A stretch of DNA of 59,759 nt from Stenotrophomonas sp. (GTDB lineage: Bacteria > Pseudomonadota > Gammaproteobacteria > Xanthomonadales > Xanthomonadaceae), in assembly GCA_003510825.1 (NCBI GenBank), contig DOKO01000057.1, positions 1 through 59,759 of the forward strand. Direction: 5' to 3'. How positions within the stretch are numbered: the stretch's first letter is position 1; every line of letters begins with the position of its first letter. The notes below the pieces were generated by a model, which worked only from the letters and a program-made list of their open reading frames with translations, had not been told where the DNA came from and searched no databases. Below, piece by piece: positions 22,983 to 32,800 of the stretch. The translations under genes and the position numbers were made by a program.

Positions 22983-23282
22983 ATGACCACACCCGTTTCC
23001 TTCCGGATCCTCAGGATCAGTGCCTTGCTACGCGCCAACGGCAACCTTGAAGGCGTCGAGTCAGTGATCTGCAGGTGCCAAGCCTGCGGAGACACATCGA
23101 AGCTGTCTCGCGGCTTAGGGCTTGAAGATCTTCCGAATGGCGTTCAGCTTACGTGCCCGACATGTCACCAATTCGCTGATGTGCCAACGCCGCAGATCTG
23201 GGCAGAATGGGCCGAGCAATTGCGACGTGATCGCATGCTGGTACGGGCGGGAATAGACCCGCGCGATCTATATGGCCCCTAG
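22983..23282 (+). CDS. Zinc-ribbon protein
   Basis: GGAG SD, CQAC..CPTC. Confidence 0.65.
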   Translation: MTTPVSFRILRISALLRANGNLEGVESVICRCQACGDTSKLSRGLGLEDLPNGVQLTCPTCHQFADVPTPQIWAEWAEQLRRDRMLVRAGIDPRDLYGP

Positions 23283-23882
23283 ATCAGAGATCAAAGCGCC
23301 TGAAGGGCAAAGCGTGGCGGCGAGTAACCGGCCGCCAGCGACCTGCCGTCCGGTCGACCTGTTCAGCCAAGCCGCCTGAATCCGACCAGCGGCCAACACC
23401 TCTGCAGGCGCGAAGCTATTCTGCCCTCCCCGCAGTGGCTCGCCAGGAGATGCGAGGCCGCCCGCCAGCGGTTGTACCCGCGCAGGCTCGTCGCTGACGT
23501 TTTTGGCGTAGGCCGTCGCCACCATACGGTTCGCTTGGGGCGACCAGCCACCGAGCACAAGCTCGGTTCCGATATCCGAGCGTGCGATCCCGGCCTCCAA
23601 GGCGGCCTTCTCGTAGGCGGGCCACAGCTGGTCAACGACCAGCCCCAGCTCCCTGCCGAGCTGCTCCATGGTGAAGTCCGCGCGAAAACTGGCCTGCAAC
23701 GCAAGCTCGTAGATGCGGAGGAAGAACTGCGCGCTGCCTCGCGTCGCCAGCACCAGGTTGTGCTGTGGAATAAGGAGCAGCTTCGCGCCGGCCGACTTGG
23801 CTCCCGTCCGCGAGTCCTCAGCCAAGGTGTCTACAGCAACCAATAGTTGATCTGGCGATAGCAGAACGTTGAGGATGCTCAT
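23268..23882 (-). CDS. Proteasome-beta/HslV-like Ntn-hydrolase-fold protein (Ser1)
   Basis: After Met removal: Ser1, Asp17, Lys33, Gly48; ELVLGGWS strand; C-terminal VAGGRLLAATL. Confidence 0.65.
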   Translation of the reverse strand: MSILNVLLSPDQLLVAVDTLAEDSRTGAKSAGAKLLLIPQHNLVLATRGSAQFFLRIYELALQASFRADFTMEQLGRELGLVVDQLWPAYEKAALEAGIARSDIGTELVLGGWSPQANRMVATAYAKNVSDEPARVQPLAGGLASPGEPLRGGQNSFAPAEVLAAGRIQAAWLNRSTGRQVAGGRLLAATLCPSGALISDLGAI

Positions 23883-23948
23883 TGCCTGGGGCCATGTGGA
23901 ATGCCCCCAACTATTACCATCATTCAGCGAGCTGTCTACGAGCACCCC

Positions 23949-24221
23949 ATGCCCACCACGTCCGAGCTTCTGCAACGCCTCGATAACTGCACGACCGAAC
24001 TTGAGGCCCATAGGGGCTACCTCAAAGCGATGGAGTACTGCATCCGCGCGCTCATCATCAGCCACCCAGATCCGGCGTCATTGACGAGGGTATGGGAGGG
24101 CATGATCCCAGGAATCTTTGACAATCACCTCGAAGATTCCGCCCTATCTGCCACAGCAATGCGCCAAGGGCTAGCCCTGCTCACAGAGCAGATCGAAGCG
24201 ACAGCGAATCCCGGGCGGTAA
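23949..24221 (+). CDS. Hypothetical helical protein (90 aa)
   Basis: MPTTSELLQRLD.., divergent from the Ntn-fold gene. Confidence 0.65.
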   Translation: MPTTSELLQRLDNCTTELEAHRGYLKAMEYCIRALIISHPDPASLTRVWEGMIPGIFDNHLEDSALSATAMRQGLALLTEQIEATANPGR

Positions 24222-24366
24222 TCAGCGCAGCCCGGAAGACCACCCTCGCCGAGGCTATTCTGCTCGCCAGCACGCCCCGGCGTTAGGGCGTGCTGGATCA
24301 GCCGGGCGGTAAACACGCCGCGGAACAAAGTCCAGCAGCTGCTAAAAGCCGGTAGGCTGAACACCG

Positions 24367-24663
24367 TCATTCTTCGACGTCAGATCCGCGATGCAGGCGG
24401 GACATCCTCCAACCACCGTGCGACTTGAAGTAGCCGCTGTCACCCGTCAGCGAGTACCTGACACCGGCGACGATCGAGGCAGGAACCGACCCATGCCAGC
24501 TGCGCGCCTTCCGATACGCATAGCGGAAAGAGGGAATCATCTGGAGTCTCCTTGGAGCAGTTCCGCGTGAGGCCCCCTTGAAGAGGATCACAGCGAAAGT
24601 AAAGAAGACCAGCAGGATCACAGCGCCTAAGAACGTTATTGAAAACGAGATCAACAATTCCAC
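24367..24663 (-). CDS. Hypothetical protein: TM peptide in frame with small basic domain (internal start 24540)
   Basis: GTG 24663 (AGGTGA SD) and ATG 24540 (AAGGAG SD); C-terminal part paralogous to 18097-18279. Confidence 0.6.
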   Translation of the reverse strand: MELLISFSITFLGAVILLVFFTFAVILFKGASRGTAPRRLQMIPSFRYAYRKARSWHGSVPASIVAGVRYSLTGDSGYFKSHGGWRMSRLHRGSDVEE

Positions 24664-24898
24664 GGCGAATCACCTACGGGCAATAGAGATAAGCGCCTCT
24701 CTACGCTAAACATCTGCGCGCGTAGCAGTCCCCTGTCCGCTCGCTCTCAAAGATGGCTTCAAGTCGGTGAGCCTCCCGTGAACGAAATGCCGTGGCCACC
24801 CTGGTGGTCAGCACGTCCCCGTCCATGGAGGCGTAGCGGGTTAGCCGAGCGGTCAAAATGCCGCGCAATAACACAGAGACCCTGTTGGAGGCCGCGGC

Positions 24899-25096
24899 TT
24901 AGGCCTCCGGCTGCGCCACGATCTCCTCCGCACCGAGGTCGTACTCGGCCGCGGTCACGTACGGTGCCGCGGCCTGCGGTGAAACGAAGAAGTTGAAAAT
25001 GGCGCCAGAGCCATCGGTGGCGCGGAAGATCAAATGCACCTTCCCCGGGTTATCCGCATTCTCGATCTTCTGGTACAGCTGTGCACGTGCAAGCAT
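24899..25096 (-). CDS. Small phage protein downstream of tail fibre
   Basis: AGGAG SD, MLARAQLYQKIEN.. Confidence 0.7.
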   Translation of the reverse strand: MLARAQLYQKIENADNPGKVHLIFRATDGSGAIFNFFVSPQAAAPYVTAAEYDLGAEEIVAQPEA

Positions 25097-25144
25097 GGTG
25101 TATCTCCTGTAGGAAAAGCGGGGCAAGAGCCAGCCCCGCATGGC

Positions 25145-28100
25145 TTACTGCTCGATGGACACAATCGACAGGCTCTGCGTGATCGTCTGACTGTCGAAGC
25201 TGCCCGACTGGTGGGTTACGGTCTGTTCGGTGAAGCCCACAATCTCGGCGCGGTAGCTACGCCGTGTCGTGCCGTTGGTGTTGTCGTTCAAGGTCAGCGA
25301 CGCATTCCAAATCGAGTCGGCAGAGTCAGGGCCATCGGGCTGATTGAAAATGTTCACGCTGCCGGTGATCGGGATCTGCTGCCACAGCGTCTCGGCCTGG
25401 CCATCCAGCTGTCGATACAGGTTGATGGTCCCGCCATTGGTGCCGGCACCCGCGACGAAGCCCTGCGCCGCCTGCGCATTCTTGATGCGACGATGCCGCC
25501 GGTTGAAACCGACCACCACCTGCTTGTTCCGGCCATTGGTATCGAACGGACCCACCAGCACGCTGTTGCCCGTGGTGACGATGCTGGTGCTTTGCGCGGC
25601 GTTGCGCAGGATACCGGCGGCGATAGAACCACCCCAATACGCGTTGCCGTCTCGATCCATCCACATAGTGGCGTTGGTCTTGCTGGCATTGGCGGCACCC
25701 ACGTTCGGCCCGAAGTAGTCGACCAGACCGTCAGCGCCGAAGTTGTTGCCGATGATGCGTTGCGAATTGCCTGCCCACGTGCGGATGTAGCCATTGGTCA
25801 TTTCGATTCCGTCTGCACCACCTGGCGAAAGGATGTTCATCGCATTCGCCATGATGTTGAACGCAGACGTTTCACCAGTGATGCCCAACTGCAGACCAGC
25901 CGCGATGCCGTTGGCCTGAATCGCCAAGCTCCACTGCGCGGACGCTTCGGCACCTCCCGTGGAGTACATAGGCGGCTGCGTAGCACCGGCAGCGACTTCC
26001 GAGAACATCGGATACCACATCCAGTAGTACGGGTCCGACTCCCCAGTACCTTCCAGCATGAACACGACCATCGCGCTGACAGCACCCGCAGGCGGCTTCC
26101 CGATGACAAATGGGCGGCTATAGCTGGCCAGTGGCAGTTTCGTTTGACCTGTGTGGCTGATGACTTGCGAACTGCTGGTCGAAATCGCCTGGTTACTCGC
26201 GTTACGCCATTCGATCATCGCGGTCAGTTTGCAGCGATAGACGTTGACGTACATCGACATGCAGTAGGTCTTGTCCGGCATAACCGGTATCTGCGTGCAC
26301 CAGCCCCAGTCTTTGGTGCCAACCGCGTACACGCCAGGGCAGAGACCAGACGCCGCCGATTTGACGCCGTAGGGGATATAGATGTCGTCGCCGGTTACGT
26401 TGCGCATCGCTCCGAAACGGCTCGGCGGAGTCCAGCCCGCCCCTGTCCAATTCGGGAACAAGCTATTCGCAATCAGATTTCCGCCTGCGCCCTGGTTGTT
26501 AACCTGTACGCGCATCTCCTGCACTACCGACGCGTCAGCTTTACCGCCGAGCGATACCTGCACTCCATCAATCCTGCTGGCCTGCGCGGTGATCTGCTGA
26601 CCTTGCTGGGTAACCGTGGCGGTCAGTGCAGTGACCGCACTGGCGGCGTTCGTCGCCTTGGCGTCAGCTGCGGCTGCGGCTGCTGCTGCATCAGTGGCCG
26701 CCTTGTCGGTTGCGGTAACCCACGCGCTACCGTTCCAACGCTTCGGCGTGTTCGCGTTGTTGGTGGTATCGATCCACAGATTTTGCGAGAGGCGGTCGGC
26801 CACTGCAGGTGCAGCAGACTGGAAAATCACCTTGCCCTTATTTCCAGCGGCGGTAGCTGCAGCATCGGCAGCTGCCTGTGCGTTCACAGCCTTGGCATCA
26901 GCAGCGGACGCCGCAGCGGTTACGGACGTGATCGCAGTACCTTGAGCGGTCACCGTCCCCTGAATCGAGGTTACTTGACCCTGCAACGTGCTGGTGGCCG
27001 CAGCGTTGGCAGTGATCTTCGCTGCCGCTTCCACGCCGCTGGGCATCCAGTTGGTCGCAACTTCACCCTGTTGGAACATCACATTATCGATTGCTGCCGC
27101 TAAGCTATCACCGACAGCAGCGGATGCGACGCGGATGAAGATACGCACGCTGACGGCACTGGTCGGCGCGGTAAACGTGCCCGTGTAACGAACCATGGTC
27201 GCGGTCAGATCCGCAATCGGTGCGTACTGCGCCGAACCAATACCAGCGTTGTTGCTGTCGAGCCACTGCACCAGCAGCTGCACGCGGCCTGCAGTTGCAG
27301 TCATGCGAGAAGCCCACGCCGATAGCGTGTACTTCGTTCCGGGCACTGGCTTCGGTCGGTTTGCGGTAGCTACCTCGATGCCGATGTACTGGCCCACAGC
27401 GGTAGCTGCAGCAGATGCCACGATCTGTATTGCGCGAGCAGAACCGGCCACCGCATACGCGGAACCATAACTGACAGCCTGCGCAATGCTGTTGGACGCG
27501 AACCAGTCCGGCAGTGTGCTGTTGTCAGCGTTGCTGGTTTCAAAGCCGCTATTAGGCAACAGGTTGTCGCCACCGATATTGTCGACCCTGGCGGTGACGC
27601 TGGTGATCGACTGGCCCAGTGCCGTGACCTGCCCCTGCAGGTTGCTGACAGTGCCGGTCAGTGCGCTGGTGGCGGCAGCGTTGGCTGCTGCTTTGCTGTT
27701 CAGTTCACTACCGCTGGGCGACCAACCGGTGGCGACTTCACCTTGCTGGAACTGCAGATTGTCCCAATCGAACTGCGCAGTCAGCGCGGCGTTATTGGTC
27801 GGCAGCAGCATGCGGTAATACACGCGGGCGAACGCCGCATTAGCTGGGGCTTCGCGCGGAGCACCAACGATTCGACGCCAGGTATTCGCGTCGTGGGTGA
27901 AAAGATTCTGCAGTGCGCTGCCAACCGTGGCTCCGTTTTCATCTAGGAACCAAATGATCAGCGACGGCTGCACCCCAGCAGCACCACCGTTTCGAACGAA
28001 GGCACTTGCCACATACTTCTGGCCCGGGACCACTTTCACAGCCCGATCAGGAGTACGAAGTTCAAGATACTGCCCGGCAGAGGCGGCCGTTGTTGCCGCC

Positions 28101-29842
28101 ATGCGCAGTGCTTTGGTTGACCCCGACAAACCTGAGTCAACGTAACTGCGAACACTGCCCGGCGCATTGCCTCCCCACAGCCACCAGTCCGGCGCGACAA
28201 TGTCACTGGCGCGGTCTTCCAAACTGCTGTTGATCAGCAGATTCTCACCACCCATGTTTCCAAGGGATGCGTTGACGTTGGTGACTGCAGTACCAAGGCT
28301 GGTGATGTCATTGCCCTGCAGCGTTACCTGCGATTGCAGCGCCTGCAGGGCGGAGTTGCTGGCCTTTCCCTCAACATCCGCGCGCAAAGCGGTGATGGTG
28401 CTTGCTGTCGCATTGTCTGCCGCCGCGCGCGCCAACGCCTCCTCGGTCACAGATGCCGCGGTGGCAAGGTTTCCGGTGCCGGCCGGCATCCGCACTTCCA
28501 TCGCGTTGATGCGCTGCACCTGGGCGCTGTCGGCCGCCACTCGCGCCTTCAGCTCCTCATAGGCAAGACCCGCCGTCAGCTGCAGCGGGTCGGTGCCGGT
28601 GTAGTTGCCCCGCATCTGCACTGCCAGGGTGTTGCGCTGGCTCGCCTCCGCAGCGATCGCGTTGGTGCGAGCAACCGTCTCGGCCTGCACCAGCGCCACA
28701 GACGCGCCAGGTGTCGGGCGGCCCACTGCCACCCAGTCCACCAGGTAGTAGTTCGCCACCGCCTGCGCCACGCCCAGCTGCAGGCGGATCCGGTCGACGG
28801 TGCCCGGCCACCAGGCAATGTCCTGCACATCCACCGTGGCCACGCCATTGGCGTCCCACGCCGGTTCCGCGATGGCCACGCGCTTCTGGGTGTTCCATGT
28901 CTGGTCGGTCGGCGTGATCCACTGCAGGAAGCCGGCCCACGTCGGCGAGCCGACGCGCTTCACGCGCAGCTTCACGAAGCGGTAGGCGCTGCCGTCCACT
29001 GCCAGCGCCGCCGGCGACTGCACCCACGGGGTTGCCGCGGCATTGGCCGGCCGCAGCCAGCCGTCCACCAGCGTCGGCGTTCCATTGCCGCTCCAGCCCT
29101 CCACCGTCTGGTCGAAGTACCAGATGGCGCGGCTGTCGAACTGCGTGCCGCTGCCGGCGGCCACCTCGGCCACTTGGCGCGCGAGGGAATCAACCTCGCT
29201 CTGCCGGGTCTGCTGCTCAAGGCTGATGGCTGCCTCACGGGCCAGCTTCTCGTTCAGCACCGCGTCGGCCCGGGCACGCGCCTCGTCGGCAATGCCCTGC
29301 ATGGCCTGCGTGTACTGCTGCTGGCGCAGCGTTGCCTCGGCCAACAGATCCTGCGCGGCCTGCGCCATGGCCGCCGCGCGGGCGGCAGTTTCGGCAGCGT
29401 CGGCCCGCATGCGGGCCAGCGTCTCGGCCGCCAGCTTCTCCTGCTGCTCGACCAGGTCGGCAGTGGTGGTGGGCGGGGTCGCCTCCACCGTGCTGCCGGC
29501 GCCGACCTTGCCGCGCACGGTCGGGGTGATCCGGAACCACCACTTCTGCCCGCTGCCGTCGCTGTAGAGGTAGCGGGTTTCGGTGGTGCGGTGGATCTCC
29601 GTCCACGGACCTTGCGCGGTCGGGCCGCGCTCGATCACGTAGATGACGCCTTCTTGGTCGACGGCCGCCCACTCGATCAGGACGCCATCGGCCACCGGAT
29701 TCGGGGTAACCCCCTCCACCGGCGGCACGGCGGCCGCCTTGTACGGCATCGGGAACCAGTTGGCGTAGCGCGGCGCGGCCGGCGACGGGGACGGCAGAGC
29801 GCTCCCGCCGATTTCCACCAGCGTGAGTTTCCGTTGCAGCAT
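25145..29842 (-). CDS. Tail tip/central fibre (host specificity) protein with carbohydrate-binding-like domains
   Basis: 1565 aa after the TMP; FN3-like N-terminus, coiled coils, repeated G.NLL.NS..E ... DN..FQQGEVAT.W.PSG modules. Confidence 0.85.
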   Translation of the reverse strand: MLQRKLTLVEIGGSALPSPSPAAPRYANWFPMPYKAAAVPPVEGVTPNPVADGVLIEWAAVDQEGVIYVIERGPTAQGPWTEIHRTTETRYLYSDGSGQKWWFRITPTVRGKVGAGSTVEATPPTTTADLVEQQEKLAAETLARMRADAAETAARAAAMAQAAQDLLAEATLRQQQYTQAMQGIADEARARADAVLNEKLAREAAISLEQQTRQSEVDSLARQVAEVAAGSGTQFDSRAIWYFDQTVEGWSGNGTPTLVDGWLRPANAAATPWVQSPAALAVDGSAYRFVKLRVKRVGSPTWAGFLQWITPTDQTWNTQKRVAIAEPAWDANGVATVDVQDIAWWPGTVDRIRLQLGVAQAVANYYLVDWVAVGRPTPGASVALVQAETVARTNAIAAEASQRNTLAVQMRGNYTGTDPLQLTAGLAYEELKARVAADSAQVQRINAMEVRMPAGTGNLATAASVTEEALARAAADNATASTITALRADVEGKASNSALQALQSQVTLQGNDITSLGTAVTNVNASLGNMGGENLLINSSLEDRASDIVAPDWWLWGGNAPGSVRSYVDSGLSGSTKALRMAATTAASAGQYLELRTPDRAVKVVPGQKYVASAFVRNGGAAGVQPSLIIWFLDENGATVGSALQNLFTHDANTWRRIVGAPREAPANAAFARVYYRMLLPTNNAALTAQFDWDNLQFQQGEVATGWSPSGSELNSKAAANAAATSALTGTVSNLQGQVTALGQSITSVTARVDNIGGDNLLPNSGFETSNADNSTLPDWFASNSIAQAVSYGSAYAVAGSARAIQIVASAAATAVGQYIGIEVATANRPKPVPGTKYTLSAWASRMTATAGRVQLLVQWLDSNNAGIGSAQYAPIADLTATMVRYTGTFTAPTSAVSVRIFIRVASAAVGDSLAAAIDNVMFQQGEVATNWMPSGVEAAAKITANAAATSTLQGQVTSIQGTVTAQGTAITSVTAAASAADAKAVNAQAAADAAATAAGNKGKVIFQSAAPAVADRLSQNLWIDTTNNANTPKRWNGSAWVTATDKAATDAAAAAAAADAKATNAASAVTALTATVTQQGQQITAQASRIDGVQVSLGGKADASVVQEMRVQVNNQGAGGNLIANSLFPNWTGAGWTPPSRFGAMRNVTGDDIYIPYGVKSAASGLCPGVYAVGTKDWGWCTQIPVMPDKTYCMSMYVNVYRCKLTAMIEWRNASNQAISTSSSQVISHTGQTKLPLASYSRPFVIGKPPAGAVSAMVVFMLEGTGESDPYYWMWYPMFSEVAAGATQPPMYSTGGAEASAQWSLAIQANGIAAGLQLGITGETSAFNIMANAMNILSPGGADGIEMTNGYIRTWAGNSQRIIGNNFGADGLVDYFGPNVGAANASKTNATMWMDRDGNAYWGGSIAAGILRNAAQSTSIVTTGNSVLVGPFDTNGRNKQVVVGFNRRHRRIKNAQAAQGFVAGAGTNGGTINLYRQLDGQAETLWQQIPITGSVNIFNQPDGPDSADSIWNASLTLNDNTNGTTRRSYRAEIVGFTEQTVTHQSGSFDSQTITQSLSIVSIEQ

Positions 29843-29850
29843 GAGTTACC

Positions 29851-32800
29851 TCACATGGCGTTGAGCGATTGACGCAAGGCAGAGCTGGCCGACGAGCGGA
29901 CGCCCTGGGTGGTGGTGGAAAGAAGATCCCGCAGCAGCTGGTTCTGCTCGGCGAGCAGAGCGTTGCTCTGCTGCACAGCGGCCGTGGTCTGGGCTTGGCC
30001 GTCGTTGTTCACCACCAGGTCGAACACGGCGCGGCTGAAGTTGTCCGGCAGCGCCTCGATGGCATCGGCCAACGCCCCCATGCTGGTGCCGTCCTCCATA
30101 TCGAGGTCGCCCACCTTCATGCCGTCGATCAGGCCGGTAACCTGGCTGTAGAGGCCATTGTAGTCGTTGCCGCTGGCGTAGAGGTTCCGGCCAAAGCCCA
30201 AGGCGGCCTGAGCGGCCGCCTGCGCCGCGCTGGCGTCACCGCCGGACACGGCGCGCTCCAGCTCCTTCATCGCCTCGCCAAGCTTCTCCTGGTCCGTCAG
30301 GGGCGACAGGTCGCTGATGGAAAGGCCGTACTGCATGGCCTTCTTGTCCTTGTCGATCTGCGCCTGCAGCTTGCCCATGTTCGTGGCGCGCAACGCCTCG
30401 ATTTTGGCCAGGTCCTCCGCGCGTGCGCCGGACAGGCCCAGCGCCTTGGCGTAGTCGTTCGCCGACTTCACCTGCTGGCGATAGGTCCGCTCGATGCTGA
30501 GCGCCTGCTGCTGGTAGCTGGACAGGTCGCCGGTCAGGAGCTGGGTCGACACGTCGGCCATCAGCGTGGCGTAGTTGCCCAGCAGCCCGGTCACCTTCTG
30601 CACCTGGGTGGCCAGGTCCGTGCCGGCCACGCCGGCCAGATCCTGGAAATAGTCAACGGCCTTGTTGACCTTCTCGATCTCCAGCCCATTCAGCGCGCGC
30701 CCGAGCTGGTCAGCATTGCCCACGGCCAGCTCAATGGAGGCACCCAACGCCGTGAACACGTCGGAGGCTTCGAAGTAGCCGTCCAGCTGCCCACCAAATC
30801 CCGCTGCCTTCACCGCCTCGGTGAACAGGCGATCAGTCATGTCGGCAAGATAGGCCTCCAACTGCGCCTTCGCCTCGGCCGAGTCCGCCGACAACTGCAG
30901 CTTGCCCAGCGACACCTTGACCCCGGCCAGCTGCCCGGACAGGTCCACGCCGAGCTGCTTGGCCAGGTCAGTGGCCGCGCCGCGAACCTGGCGCGCCGCC
31001 ATGTCGAACGTACGATCAATGCCAGGATCAAGAGCCGCGTACTGCGTCCACTTCTTGTCGCTGCGGAACAGTCCGCCCTTGGCCTTGATATCGGCGTAGG
31101 ACTGGCCGCTGAAACCACCGAACCCGTAGTCGCCCGTAATACCCTGGCCGGTCACCTTGGGCGCGCTACGGCCGAACAGCTTCGCGTGGATGCTGGACCC
31201 CGACAGGATGGATGCCACCTTGTCGTTGAACCCGAGGCCCCGGAACCCTTTGTCGGCCAGCCCCACGGCGCCGGCCGTGGCAATCTTGCCCGCCCAGCTT
31301 TCGCCGTTGGCAATGTCCCAGCCTTGATCGAACAGTTCGGCGTTCTTCATCATGCCGGCCACGATCCAGCCGATGATCGGGACCGCCGCAGCTGCAGAGG
31401 ATGCACCAGCACCGGCGGCAGCCGTGCCGCCGGCTGCCGATACGCCGCCGCCGGCGAACGCGGCGATGTTGTTGCCGAAGCCCATCAAGCTACCGGCGCT
31501 GGCGCCGCTGCTCGCGGCACCAGTCGCTGCGCCGAACAGCCCCTGCCCCTGCGAAAGCAGCCCTGCGACACTGCTCAGGTTCTGCCCACCAGCTGCAGAT
31601 CCGTTGCCGCCGAACAGGCCCATGATGCTCTGCAGGCTCAGTCCACCGCCCTGCCCATTGATCCCATTCATGATCTGCGTCTGGATCGGGATCACGATCT
31701 TCTGCTTGAGGATCTCCGCGATCATGTCGCGCATCCCGCGCTTGGCCACGTCCTTCAAGTCATCCCACAGGTTGTGGAAGTTCCGGAGGCCATCCGCAGC
31801 GAAGTCGGCGAACGCATCAACGCCATCAGCCGCGACCGACACGATGACGTTGGCCAAGGCCTCAGCGTTCGCCGCAGCCTCCTCGATCTGCACAGACAGC
31901 TCGGCAGCGGCCGCCGCCGCAGCCAGCATTGCCTGCTCGTACTCCGCGTAGCTGCTCGCGCCCTTTGCCAGGGCCAGCGCGTCCTGGCCGCCGGCGGCTT
32001 CCGCCGCCTTGCGCAGCTCCTCGCGCATATCCTTCTCGTTCACCAGCTGGCGACGGTAGAGTTCGCGCGCGCGCCCTGTCTTGCCGAGCATTTCCAGCTC
32101 GGCACCAAAGGTGGCCAGTAGCTGCTCAGGGCCGCCCATGGCCTTCTCGACTTCGGCGGCAACCTTGGCGTACTCCAGGGCGCTCTGCCCCATCAGCACG
32201 TTCGCATCAGCCTGCGCGATGTTGCCTTTCGCCAGGAGCCCGTTGTACTCGGCCATGTTGCCGAGGTGCTTGGCCATGGCCTCAGCCAGTGGGCCCTCCA
32301 TTGCGCCAGCAGCCTCTTCGGCCTGCTGCTTATAGCGGGCCATTTCCTCGGCCCGGCGCTTCGCATCGGCATCCGCCTTGTCGCGGGTGCTTTTGTCCAT
32401 GTTGCCGGTGGGACGGTAGGGCAGCATGTCCGGAGATGCACTGGTGCTTTCCTCCGGAGCCTTTGCCCCCGCCAGGGCCTGCAGCTCTCGCCCCAACTTC
32501 AGCTTAGCCTGCTCGCGCGCCAGCTCCCCTTGCAACCGCGCAATCACAGTTGCCGGAGTGCTGGTGAGATCGGATGGAATCAGCTCCTGAGCATTCATCA
32601 TCGACCAACCCAATGAGCCTCGCGCGTTGCGCACAGCCTCAATGGTCTTGTTCAACCGGCCAATTCTGTCCTCAACACGAACTACATCCTCAGCGGAGGG
32701 ACCGCTAATTCGAGCCGCTAGCTCTTCCGCCACATATCCCGTTACACGCGCCGTCGTGGAACCAAACTCAGCGATCTTGCCCGTAATCTCGGCTATCGAG

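Noticed and set aside
23883-24065. 61-aa N-terminal extension of the Ntn-fold ORF
   Set aside because: Overlaps the divergent gene antisense; ATG 23882 places Ser at position 1 as the fold requires
25145-29842. DGR or invertible tail-fibre system
   Set aside because: No reverse transcriptase, TR/VR pair, invertase or inverted crossover sites in the window
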